From: a virus
IMG/VR virus record: IMGVR_UViG_3300027806_000035
Span: 1 to 64,000 of that record
DNA length: 64,000 nt
Reading direction: 5' to 3' (one strand)
Both the position numbers and the translations under genes were made by a program. Shown piece after piece: positions 38,548-47,347 of the stretch. The notes under the pieces are model-generated. The model made no database searches. It was not told the origin of the DNA and worked only from the letters and a program-made list of their open reading frames with translations. Positions within the stretch are counted from its first letter, which is position 1; the number at the start of each line of letters is the position of its first letter.

Positions 38548-38601
38548 TGGACTTGAATACTTTGCCTCATTCTACCGCCCTTGGTCAAAGCTGGCTAACA
38601 G

Positions 38602-38838
38602 CTAGTTGAGCCCCCTTGGCCATATCTGGCCAGTTGTTGGAACTGAGCCACCTCCTCCACCGCCACCGCTACCGGAGATTTCAATGTTCATAAAGTAGGT
38701 TGGCCCCGTTCCATCTTGCTGAAAGCGTTTGTAGTTTACACGCACTGTTCCTTCAGTGCTTCCGCTAACAAGTGACACACTTGAAGCTGAAAGCGAAGTC
38801 GTAGCCTGATTCGGTGGATCCTGGTTAAATATCGCCAT
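38602..38838 (-). CDS. Hypothetical virion protein
   Basis: TGATG overlap; Gly linker and P..GQIWPRG end. Confidence 0.55.
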   Translation of the reverse strand: MAIFNQDPPNQATTSLSASSVSLVSGSTEGTVRVNYKRFQQDGTGPTYFMNIEISGSGGGGGGGSVPTTGQIWPRGLN

Positions 38839-39857
38839 CAGATAATCCTTGCCCCAAAAGCCATGGAGGCCGACGTGTTGGCGCCACTACCGTTCAGCCT
38901 GAGAAGAATTTCCCATTCTTCAACTCCAGCTGTTACCACGAAGGTATCGCCAATCCCAAGTGTGTTATTCACGTATGTTGGAATAATCCCAAAATCTGAT
39001 GGGAGCTGTGAATTGTTCATGTAAAAAGAGTAGGGGACTCCGGTTACAATCGGATTGTAGTTGCTTGTGTAAGCCGGATTTCCAGAAGCTACCGCATTTG
39101 GTATGAGCAGGGAAAACGCTGTAGAGTTTCCACCTGCGTAAGTCATGGGAATTGGCAGGCTGCTTACATAGTTTGTTGATCTTCCTGGGATTGAGTAGCT
39201 TGACACGCACGTACTGAAATCAGCCCCAGAGCTAGTCGTTCCAGCAATAATTGATCCAGCTCCATAAGATCTTCTCAATGTAAACAATGAATTGAATGAG
39301 AGTGTTTGACTTGCGTTTGAGGTGGAGATTACTGGAGTAATGAAATGCGAGAAAAACGTTTTATCAAGATCCATCCAGCTAGCCACCTGATGGCTTGGAT
39401 GTGAGATAGTAAATACAATATTTTGCGTTGTGCTTTGCTTGAGCACAAAGTAAGAATGCGTATTATTTACCTGAGATGTGTAACGCAAAAGTTCTGCGTT
39501 AGTTGCAGTGGACATGCTGCCAGAGTGCATCTGCCTTCCAGATGGAGAGCTGGTAGTATTCGAGAAAAAATCAAGCCATAGGGTTCCAGTCGGAACATTT
39601 GTTGAAGTATTCCATCCAGTTGTAACTTGAAACCAAAACCCAGCAGTTGTAAACTGGAACCAGTAGAAGCAGTCTCCGTAAACCTTTCCGGCTGAGTATG
39701 TAATTCTGAGAACTCTGTTTAGAGTGCTGCCAGACGTAAAGGCTGAGTGCCAGTCCGACATCAAACCAGCATCAATAAAGGCAGACCTGAACGCATCTGC
39801 AAGCTGTGTTGCAGTCCAAGTGGCCGTAAGTGAATAGGTCTGCTTGGTGACTGGCAT
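38838..39857 (-). CDS. Putative tail/virion protein (S/T-rich, AT-rich)
   Basis: 339-aa ORF in the tail operon. Confidence 0.6.
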   Translation of the reverse strand: MPVTKQTYSLTATWTATQLADAFRSAFIDAGLMSDWHSAFTSGSTLNRVLRITYSAGKVYGDCFYWFQFTTAGFWFQVTTGWNTSTNVPTGTLWLDFFSNTTSSPSGRQMHSGSMSTATNAELLRYTSQVNNTHSYFVLKQSTTQNIVFTISHPSHQVASWMDLDKTFFSHFITPVISTSNASQTLSFNSLFTLRRSYGAGSIIAGTTSSGADFSTCVSSYSIPGRSTNYVSSLPIPMTYAGGNSTAFSLLIPNAVASGNPAYTSNYNPIVTGVPYSFYMNNSQLPSDFGIIPTYVNNTLGIGDTFVVTAGVEEWEILLRLNGSGANTSASMAFGARII

Positions 39858-39859
39858 GA

Positions 39860-41230
39860 TCAGCTGTTGAAGGAAAGAATTGAGAACTGAAGGGCCAGCG
39901 CCCTGGTCACTGTATCAGTATTCTGAACCCTGAGGTACACAAGGCCAGCTGTCGGCTGAACGAGTGGGACTGGCGAGAGTCGGATGGTTTGTGGTGTCGC
40001 CGTGGTTACAAGTTCTGCGTAATACTCGCTACCAGCTAACGGCAGTGTGCCGCCTGGATTTGTTCTTGCATCAGCGGCGCGTGCAGCACTGGTCCCGTAC
40101 ACTCTAATCCAAGCTGGAGTGGATGCAGTAAGGCTCAGCAGCTGAAACAGGCTGTTGCTTGACAGCGTGAAGTCTGCGCTGGCGCCAGCTGCAAGCGATC
40201 CTGTCGTATGCGTAAGCGTACCCGCTGAAACACCGGTTCCAGGCGGCTGAGCCCACGTACCATCGGCCCTCAGATAGTTTGATGTTCCGCCACCGCTTGC
40301 GGGTGCAAGACCGGCATCGCCACTGGAAACAAGTGGGAGTGTCGCATCATTGCCGGTGCTGCTCTGAAGTAGCCTGATTGACGGTGTATATGACAGATCA
40401 GTAGAAGATTGCGGAGGCGCCGCCCATGTGCCATCTGCTCTCAGGAAATTGGTAGTGCCACCACCAGAAGACGGTGCAAGGCCGGGGTCAGCGCTAGATA
40501 CAAGCGGCAGCGTAACATCATCGCCAGTGCTACTTGCAAGCAGCCTTGTTGACGGCGTATAGGCAAGGTTTGTTGGAACATTCGGCTGTGCGCCAACTTC
40601 AATGTTGTCCAGCTTCAACTTATCGTTCTTCGACATCCCGCCATCGGCCGTCTGGGTGGCCATGGGCAGGGAGAGCACCGGATTGGTGCCCCCGGTCGAG
40701 CTGAGGGGTGCTTCGGCGCTGACGCTGGTGACGTACTGGGTCGGCTGGACCGTGCCGCCTCCAGGGCCTCCTGGCGTTGGCAGAGGGGCCGGCAGGATCG
40801 GCGTGGTCGATGAACCGGTGGAGTCCGGCATGAGCCGAGCCGCCAGCTCCATCGACATATTTGATACTTCTGCGCCACCCTCCACGCGATTGATACGTGG
40901 TGGGGAGTCTTCAATAAAGTACCAGAGAAGCCCAGGATAGGCCGAGCCATCAAGAAACAGCCTCAGGTCATCACCAGCACCACGAAAAAAGCTTTCGTAA
41001 AAGGCAATCGGCGCAAGTCCCCTTGAGTTGATGCAGGTGAGCAGCACCTGGGCGCACAGATAGTTCGAGATATTCCTGAATTCAACTGTAAGCCTGCCAT
41101 CGTATTGACGATTGCCAAACTTGCGTCTTGACGAAACGCCGCCAAGACTTGTATCGGACCCCACCGGAAAGCGCGGGGCCACAAAATCCATTGACGAAGG
41201 GGTGATGTCTGGGAACTGTACGAAGTTCAT
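39860..41230 (-). CDS. Distal-tail-like protein with fibre-repeat extension
   Basis: FP.ITPSS..F..G..L.VEF.NI N-domain; two GGGT.N[FY]LRADGTW repeats. Confidence 0.6.
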   Translation of the reverse strand: MNFVQFPDITPSSMDFVAPRFPVGSDTSLGGVSSRRKFGNRQYDGRLTVEFRNISNYLCAQVLLTCINSRGLAPIAFYESFFRGAGDDLRLFLDGSAYPGLLWYFIEDSPPRINRVEGGAEVSNMSMELAARLMPDSTGSSTTPILPAPLPTPGGPGGGTVQPTQYVTSVSAEAPLSSTGGTNPVLSLPMATQTADGGMSKNDKLKLDNIEVGAQPNVPTNLAYTPSTRLLASSTGDDVTLPLVSSADPGLAPSSGGGTTNFLRADGTWAAPPQSSTDLSYTPSIRLLQSSTGNDATLPLVSSGDAGLAPASGGGTSNYLRADGTWAQPPGTGVSAGTLTHTTGSLAAGASADFTLSSNSLFQLLSLTASTPAWIRVYGTSAARAADARTNPGGTLPLAGSEYYAELVTTATPQTIRLSPVPLVQPTAGLVYLRVQNTDTVTRALALQFSILSFNS

Positions 41231-44200
41231 TTTTCAATCACCCAGTTTTCGTCAGTGGACAGCCCTCCCCAATTCTGGGACAAGATCAGCCTGCCATTTT
41301 CATCAGTCGGAGTCTCAATGGCATTTGCGATGAATCCGCTGTTTTCGGCCGGATCAATGTCCAGAATTCTGTAGGTCTTGTAGTCGGAGCCGGATTCCTT
41401 GATCACGAAAATGATGCCAGATGGTGAAGCCGTGCCATCTTCGTTGATCGTCAACTCAGATTCCGTGACCTCGCTTTCAAGGATGCCATCCCAGATCATC
41501 GCCTGATAAGTTCCAGGCTCAATGTCGGTGACGGAAATCACAAGGCCATCGCTCTTAACGATGCCAGTCTTGTATTCATTGAAGAATGTCACTTCAACAG
41601 GGACTTGCACATAGTCGCCTGGCTTGATTGGTGCGAGCAGCGAGTCCTGCGTCAACTCCATTGTAATGCCATGTGTTGAAAGCCTGCGAATACGGGCCTT
41701 CATCTTCAGATAGTCAATCAGGTGCTTCTCGTTTGTCGCAAAATCTGATAGATCAAACGACTGGATCGGATCATCCTCCGACGAAAGCGCACCAGCTTCG
41801 CGCAACAGAATCTCGCGCTCAACAGGGAAGATCCCAGGATTCGTGATCGTGCTCAGTTTCCGCTCTTCCCGCCAGCGACCAGAAACCTTGATCGACCTAC
41901 GAGACTCTTCGTCAATCGCCGAGAATGAGAAGCTGCGCATTTGCAGCAGGCCGAATACACCCTTGATGTCAACGGGTGCGTTCCAGTTGGTTCGGTCACC
42001 CTCCACGTACGGGAACATGGGACGCAGCACGTAACGCCCATCAATCTCCATGAAATACAGCAGGTGCTCTTCCGCTTTCTTGGCTACCCATTCCTTGATA
42101 TTCGTCGGGAGATAGACGAGATCACAGAAATACCTGTTGTCGTAGCACCACTGAGCTGATTCACGGAAGCTATCAATGTCAATCTGCTCATCGCTGACCT
42201 GATCGCCGGTTCCGTAGACCGGATTGGTGAACAGCTCAAGAGCGATGTCGGGGAACAGGTGCGTCGGCCCCGGCGTCATGTCATTCAGGAGTCTGCGAGC
42301 CTCTGGATAGCCAGCGTTCGCATAGCCAGAGAGCTGCCCCAGCTGCTGGAATGTGTTTCCAGGGAGGAGGTTCAGGCCGACAATGCCCATGTCCGGGTAG
42401 AGCGGCAGCGTCTCGTTCTGAACGATCTCGGTCACGGAGACGATTTCATGCTCCGGTCCGCCCTCAGCCGTTGAAGAAACCTCAGGGAATACGAATGTTT
42501 CAGCTAGCGCGCCAAATTCATCGACGAACTGCACGCCATCAGTGTATCCATAGCCAAGGTTCCCGTATCCCTGCGCCTGGTCCTTGTGGACGGCTGGCAG
42601 CCGGAACGGATCATCGCCATCGTTGACAACGCCAACGTCACTGCCGTTACCCTCTTTTCCATAAACCTGCAGCACAACTGATTCGTGCGCTCTGGTGATC
42701 AGATTTCCATTCGCCTGCCGCTTATCTTCGATCAGGACGTAGGCGCCAGAAGCGTTACCAGATCTGATCTCCCAGCCAGAAAGCGGCTCAAACTCAATTT
42801 CCCACTGTTCAACGGTTGGGAACTGGAGTCTGACCGTATTGAACTGACTTTGTTGATTGATTCCACGAATGCAATAGCACTCGGGAAAGGTGATCCATTC
42901 TCCAGTGCTGCTGCTTGGTCTGACGCGAATCCTGAAGAACGAGTACCGCATCTGAGCGGTCGTTACCGTTCCAGACGTATAGTTGAATTGCTTGAGCGTT
43001 GATCCCTTGGAGATCGTGTCGCCCCTGTAGTCAAGACATGCCTTGTTATCTGCAGCTCCGTAGGAAATAGTGTCCCTGAAGTTGCACAGATTGTTGATCC
43101 TGATGCCAAGAGTGCTCCTGATGATGATTTCAATCAGGCGCGTCGGCCTTGTGGTCGTGATTGTTGCAATTGAAACCCTGAACAGGTGCGGGAAATTTGT
43201 TGCCGTGTAGCGGTCAATGTTGCTGCCAACGTTCGCATTGACACGGAGGTCGGAAATAGTCGTCAGATCAATGACGCCGGGTCTGACAACGGTGAACGTG
43301 GCTTCAATGCTTTGACCTGGGCGCGGATCTTGTGAGCCAGGATCAGAGAAGTTTGCCTCGCTAGTGAAGACCTCGCCTTCGGGGCTGCGCCCGGTGCATA
43401 CGACAAGAGCCGTGCCGAACTTGTAAAGAGAGCCGATCTGAATTGCGTCGTCCCACTGCTCTTGCTTTCCGGCGATGGCGGAAGCGATGTCAGCGGCTGG
43501 CTCGCTGTAAAGCTCACCCTTATTTAGCGTTGCTTGAACCGTTTCCCTTGAATCAGCGGTTGATTCAACAACGTAAATAGTTGAGGCTGAACTGTAATTG
43601 CCGGAGAATGTCTGGTTGATGAAGTCGACATCGTAGTTTGCTTCAACGTCGGTTTCCTGTTGAACGTTGACGCGGTAGTAAGTTGACGGCTCTTCGTCAT
43701 CGTCAACTGCCCCATTCACGAATGTAATCTTGAATCTTGAATACAGCAGCGCCTTCTTCTGATCGTTCGTCAGCCCGGAAGCGTTGTACTGAAGTCGCGT
43801 ACTGAGTGTTACGCGCTTGCCGGACTGCTGGGTGACGGTGACGATTGGATTCGGTACGACCTGATCACCCGAGTCAAGCCATTGGATACCAGCTTCAAGA
43901 GCCGAGAGGCTTCCACTGAAAGCGGTGGATCTAAGTCCAGTGGTTGAATTGGTTGATCTGTATTCATTTACGGTTGTCCCACTCCCACCAATTCGCTCAA
44001 CCTCAACATTGACATCCCATGCTTGAGCATTGAACGCTTTGCTGAAGTCAGTTTCAACATCGCTGCTCTTGTCAAGAACGTATGTCAGTGTGTTGCCGAT
44101 CGCGCTTGCGTCGCCAGAGATGAAACCAGATCGAGTTGAGTAGACTGCGCGTGTTTTGTCACGTTGCGCCGCTGCTACATCATCAATCTGACAAACAACC

Positions 44201-45084
44201 TTAGCATCGCCATCATCACCCTTTGGAATGAGTTGAGCTTGGTACTGAGCCCTGATGACAGGATTTATACGATAAGCGAGATTGTTGCCGATTGGAGAAT
44301 AAACGCCAAAAGCAGCATTTGAACTGGGTCTGACGACAGAACAGAAGTCACCAGCCCATGCTCTGTCAATAGAGCGAGCTGCAAAAACATCGTCGCCACC
44401 CTGATTCTCAGCATTCCCCGGATCCAGATTTGCAAGTCTGCCGGCAATTCTGTCCTCAGACGTGATTCTGCCGCCATCCGGCCTGAAGTAGATGACGTAC
44501 GAGGATCCTAATTCTGTTCCTGGTCCAATGTTATACGCATTCAGAAGATTATTGCCCAGAGCAAAACCATTAGGGTCAAGTTCAGCAATTCCGCCATCGC
44601 CAGCAAGGAAAACAGCACGGAGTAGTTGCTGACCATTGCTTGTTTGCAGCTGACTCCACAGTAGATCCATGTTGACGCGGATGCCACCGTAGGTTTCGCC
44701 GTCAATCACCTCCTTCAGAGCGAAAACCATCGGCATCGGCTGGCCGATCGCTGCCGGCTGCTGCAGCGAATCGAAGCCCTCCCGAGGGGCGTAGCGGCGC
44801 ACATCGCTGACCGTCTTGCCCAGGCGCTCGCTGCTCTGGATCCGGGCTGGCTCCACCTCCCCAGGCCGGAAGAACTGGGCGATGATCGTCAGCCCCACGG
44901 AGATCGCCGAGGCGACCAGGGAGATCACAGCCAGCGTTCCCAGGGGCTCGCCGGCCACAACGGCTGGTCGAGGCCCTTTGGCAGCCCTCTTGGCAGCCTC
45001 TGCGTAGAACCGCTTCACCTCCTCCGGCCGGATCCCCAAGATGCGACCGAGGCGATAGTGCATCGGCAGGAGATGAGGCTTCAC
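41227..45084 (-). CDS. Central tail fibre / baseplate hub (lambda J-like)
   Basis: About 1285 aa; LQQPA.IG.P.P.VF..GG.RVN..LLWSQ; GTG start overlaps upstream stop. Confidence 0.75.
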   Translation of the reverse strand: MKPHLLPMHYRLGRILGIRPEEVKRFYAEAAKRAAKGPRPAVVAGEPLGTLAVISLVASAISVGLTIIAQFFRPGEVEPARIQSSERLGKTVSDVRRYAPREGFDSLQQPAAIGQPMPMVFALKEVIDGETYGGIRVNMDLLWSQLQTSNGQQLLRAVFLAGDGGIAELDPNGFALGNNLLNAYNIGPGTELGSSYVIYFRPDGGRITSEDRIAGRLANLDPGNAENQGGDDVFAARSIDRAWAGDFCSVVRPSSNAAFGVYSPIGNNLAYRINPVIRAQYQAQLIPKGDDGDAKVVCQIDDVAAAQRDKTRAVYSTRSGFISGDASAIGNTLTYVLDKSSDVETDFSKAFNAQAWDVNVEVERIGGSGTTVNEYRSTNSTTGLRSTAFSGSLSALEAGIQWLDSGDQVVPNPIVTVTQQSGKRVTLSTRLQYNASGLTNDQKKALLYSRFKITFVNGAVDDDEEPSTYYRVNVQQETDVEANYDVDFINQTFSGNYSSASTIYVVESTADSRETVQATLNKGELYSEPAADIASAIAGKQEQWDDAIQIGSLYKFGTALVVCTGRSPEGEVFTSEANFSDPGSQDPRPGQSIEATFTVVRPGVIDLTTISDLRVNANVGSNIDRYTATNFPHLFRVSIATITTTRPTRLIEIIIRSTLGIRINNLCNFRDTISYGAADNKACLDYRGDTISKGSTLKQFNYTSGTVTTAQMRYSFFRIRVRPSSSTGEWITFPECYCIRGINQQSQFNTVRLQFPTVEQWEIEFEPLSGWEIRSGNASGAYVLIEDKRQANGNLITRAHESVVLQVYGKEGNGSDVGVVNDGDDPFRLPAVHKDQAQGYGNLGYGYTDGVQFVDEFGALAETFVFPEVSSTAEGGPEHEIVSVTEIVQNETLPLYPDMGIVGLNLLPGNTFQQLGQLSGYANAGYPEARRLLNDMTPGPTHLFPDIALELFTNPVYGTGDQVSDEQIDIDSFRESAQWCYDNRYFCDLVYLPTNIKEWVAKKAEEHLLYFMEIDGRYVLRPMFPYVEGDRTNWNAPVDIKGVFGLLQMRSFSFSAIDEESRRSIKVSGRWREERKLSTITNPGIFPVEREILLREAGALSSEDDPIQSFDLSDFATNEKHLIDYLKMKARIRRLSTHGITMELTQDSLLAPIKPGDYVQVPVEVTFFNEYKTGIVKSDGLVISVTDIEPGTYQAMIWDGILESEVTESELTINEDGTASPSGIIFVIKESGSDYKTYRILDIDPAENSGFIANAIETPTDENGRLILSQNWGGLSTDENWVIEK

Positions 45085-45488
45085 TTTACAAAACGGCGAA
45101 AGTTGAACTTTGGCAGTCCGGGAGTTGTAAGAGGAAGCCAAACAACACCTTTCCTTGTGTGAATTGTAACGACACCAAGATTGCCGCTATTTTCAAGTAC
45201 CGTAGAGATCCCGAGCTTTGGGTGTCCGCCGGCTCCCCTGTTCCGCGTCATTGCTACACAGCCCTGCTCAACAACATCAGTTGGACAGGTGTGATGATTC
45301 CAAGCCGTCTCCAGTGAACCCCAGAGTCCAGCAGCGGCCATGTCCATCCAACGAGGATCAATCTCTGGCCTGTAGATTCCGGCTTCATCGAGAAGGGTGA
45401 AACAGAGGAGCAAGCAATCTGCGGCTTTTCCTTCTTTCGGGTCAGCCCAGAACTCATGCTTCAGTCCAAGATACTGATGAAGGCTCAT
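45081..45488 (-). CDS. NlpC/P60-like tail tip assembly protein
   Basis: YLGL.H..ADP..G.AADC; position between the L-like and J-like genes. Confidence 0.7.
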   Translation of the reverse strand: MSLHQYLGLKHEFWADPKEGKAADCLLLCFTLLDEAGIYRPEIDPRWMDMAAAGLWGSLETAWNHHTCPTDVVEQGCVAMTRNRGAGGHPKLGISTVLENSGNLGVVTIHTRKGVVWLPLTTPGLPKFNFRRFVK

Positions 45489-45973
45489 ACGGAAATGGTT
45501 CCAGATGTTGGCAGCGCTCCCACAAGCGACTGTGAAAGCGGTCTACCACCAACTGTAGCGTTGACAGTATCAAGTGGACTGGCAAGCTGAAGAACAGATT
45601 GACCCGGCCTGCCCATCTCAACCGCACCCTCAACCCTGCAGGACCACAGCATCTTGGTCAGCTGCGTAAGTTCTTGATCGGTTTCAGTGTCAATCTCTAC
45701 TGAAGTTACCTCAACCAGCCACTTACTGGAGTCCGCTTGCCAGAAGATGTTTTGGACAAGGGTGTTGGCTGGACATACGATCGCACCCCTGCTGCGTTCT
45801 CCGCCCTGCTTGCCGCCACCACCAGAAACGCCAAGAGGGGCAAAGTCGTAATCAACTCCACCGTAAGTGCGCGTTTCGTTAATGAAATAGTTTTGGTACG
45901 CATAGGGGAGGTAGCCCCCTCCCCCGCGTTCCTTGAAGCGGATGTAGCTGACAATTGCGAATTCCCCTTTCAC
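45485..45973 (-). CDS. Minor tail protein (lambda L-like)
   Basis: YQNYF..Y.FAP..L.L.SPLD.V..VGALP.SG. Confidence 0.7.
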   Translation of the reverse strand: MKGEFAIVSYIRFKERGGGGYLPYAYQNYFINETRTYGGVDYDFAPLGVSGGGGKQGGERSRGAIVCPANTLVQNIFWQADSSKWLVEVTSVEIDTETDQELTQLTKMLWSCRVEGAVEMGRPGQSVLQLASPLDTVNATVGGRPLSQSLVGALPTSGTISV

Positions 45974-45977
45974 TGAA

Positions 45978-46010
45978 TCAGAGCCCCAGGCGCTTACGTG
46001 TCTTCATGCT
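45978..46010 (-). repeat. Displaced copy of tape-measure 3' end (SMKTRKRLGL-stop) = predicted TnpB guide
   Basis: AGC ATG AAG ACA CGT AAG CGC CTG GGG CTC TGA directly after the right-end TCAA; same peptide as 47348-47380. Confidence 0.9.
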
Positions 46011-46170
46011 TTGACTTCCAGCCACCATACAGATGGTAGCCTCCTTCTACGCTGTGCATGGGAATGCCTCAGCGATCGGGTGGGTTGACGCTTCACAGCC
46101 TGCCGCCACCGAAAGGGTGGACTGATGCACGGCTCCACGCCCGTTTTGACTCTCCGCCAGTCCGGCGGCG
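45991..46170 (-). ncRNA. Predicted omegaRNA (reRNA): scaffold overlapping tnpB 3' end plus guide
   Basis: AAACGGGCGTGGAG..TGAAGCGTCAACC.., hairpin GCTACCAT-CTGT-ATGGTGGC, then GGAAGTCAA; boundaries approximate. Confidence 0.65.
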
Positions 46171-47255
46171 AGGATGTTCAAAGCAGCGTTGATGTCGCGG
46201 TCGTGAACCGTTCCGCAACTCGGGCACTGCCACTCCCGAATCGACAGCTCTTTCTTGCCGTCGTGATGGCCGCAAGCTGAGCAGACCTGACTGGTAGGGA
46301 GCCATCGGTTGATGACAACCACCTGCCTGCCATATTGCTCAGCCTTGGACTCCAGCAGAGCCCTGAACTGCCGCCAACCCGCATCGGCAATCGAGCGGGC
46401 CAGCTTCTTGTTCTTCAGCATCCCCGAAACGTTCAGGTCTTCCAGCACCACCGTTTGGTTTTCACGGATGATGCGGGTCGAGAGCTGATGCAGGAAGTCG
46501 AGGCGCCGATCAGCAGCCTTGGCGTGCAGCTTGGCTACCCTGCGTCTAGCGAAAGCCAGACGGTTAGAGCCCTTTTCCTTGTGCTTCAGGTTGCGCTGCA
46601 GCCGCCGCAGCCGCTTAAGCGCCGAGCGCAGAAACCTCGGCGGAGCAATCTTTTTGCCATCTGAGGTAACGGCGAGGGATGTCAAGCCCAAGTCTATGCC
46701 AATCACTTTGCCGTTTTTCGGCATTTGACTTGGCTCGACTTCTACAACAAAGCTTGCGAAATAACGTCCGCTGGAATCACGAATAATTGTGACACTGGTT
46801 GGCGATGACGGCAGTGAGCGACTCCAAATAATTGGCACTGAACCAATTTTTGCAAGAATCAAACGATTATTTTTTACGCGAAATGCATTGGATGTAAAAC
46901 GAGCTGACTGGGTGCCGCACTTTTTCTTGAAGCGCGGCGGGCCAACCCCACTGCCCCTGCGCTTTCCTTTTAGGCTATTCCACCAATTACGATAGGCTCT
47001 GTCAAGGTCGCGCACAGACTGCTGAAGTATCGTATTACTTGGTTCGGCAAGCCACTTTCTTTCAGGAGTCTGCTTCGCTTGAGTAATGCAAAGCTTGGCT
47101 AAAATTGGATAGGTAACTTTTTGACCAGCACTGTATAGCTCGCGGCTTTTGGCTAGAGCGTCATTCCATACAACGCGAGCGCAGCCAAAGGCCTTGCCGA
47201 TCGCACCTATTTGGTGCGGGTGTGGATACAGGCGAAACCGGTAGCGTCGCTTCAT
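46047..47255 (-). CDS. tnpB: RNA-guided endonuclease TnpB
   Basis: [10 protein letters not shown]; RuvC GIDLG / LEDL / DRDINAA intact; CSAC..CPSC zinc finger. Confidence 0.95.
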   Translation of the reverse strand: MKRRYRFRLYPHPHQIGAIGKAFGCARVVWNDALAKSRELYSAGQKVTYPILAKLCITQAKQTPERKWLAEPSNTILQQSVRDLDRAYRNWWNSLKGKRRGSGVGPPRFKKKCGTQSARFTSNAFRVKNNRLILAKIGSVPIIWSRSLPSSPTSVTIIRDSSGRYFASFVVEVEPSQMPKNGKVIGIDLGLTSLAVTSDGKKIAPPRFLRSALKRLRRLQRNLKHKEKGSNRLAFARRRVAKLHAKAADRRLDFLHQLSTRIIRENQTVVLEDLNVSGMLKNKKLARSIADAGWRQFRALLESKAEQYGRQVVVINRWLPTSQVCSACGHHDGKKELSIREWQCPSCGTVHDRDINAALNILAAGLAESQNGRGAVHQSTLSVAAGCEASTHPIAEAFPCTA

Positions 47256-47260
47256 CAGTC

Positions 47261-47270
47261 AATTATACCA
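47261..47270 (-). promoter_or_regulatory. Extended -10 promoter for tnpB (probably leaderless)
   Basis: TGGTATAAT, 6 nt upstream of the tnpB ATG. Confidence 0.65.
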
Positions 47271-47347
47271 CGCGGGGCCACTCCTACCCACCCCCGGCTT
47301 CCCGTCGCCTTGGCGTATGGTCGCTTAATTGCCCGACAAGTATATAA

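Larger units (their letters stand above)
46011..47347 (-). mobile_element. IS200/IS605-derived tnpB-only element (IS1341-like)
   Basis: tnpB, right-end hairpin and TCAA at 46011-46014; no tnpA; left end not resolved. Confidence 0.75.

Noticed and set aside
46047-47255. Nuclease-dead TnpB (TldR-type repressor)
   Set aside because: All three RuvC catalytic residues (D, E, D) are present
46011-47347. IStron (group I intron restoring the gene by splicing)
   Set aside because: Only about 90 nt upstream of tnpB, too short for a group I core, and the gene is already complete at DNA level through the recoded end
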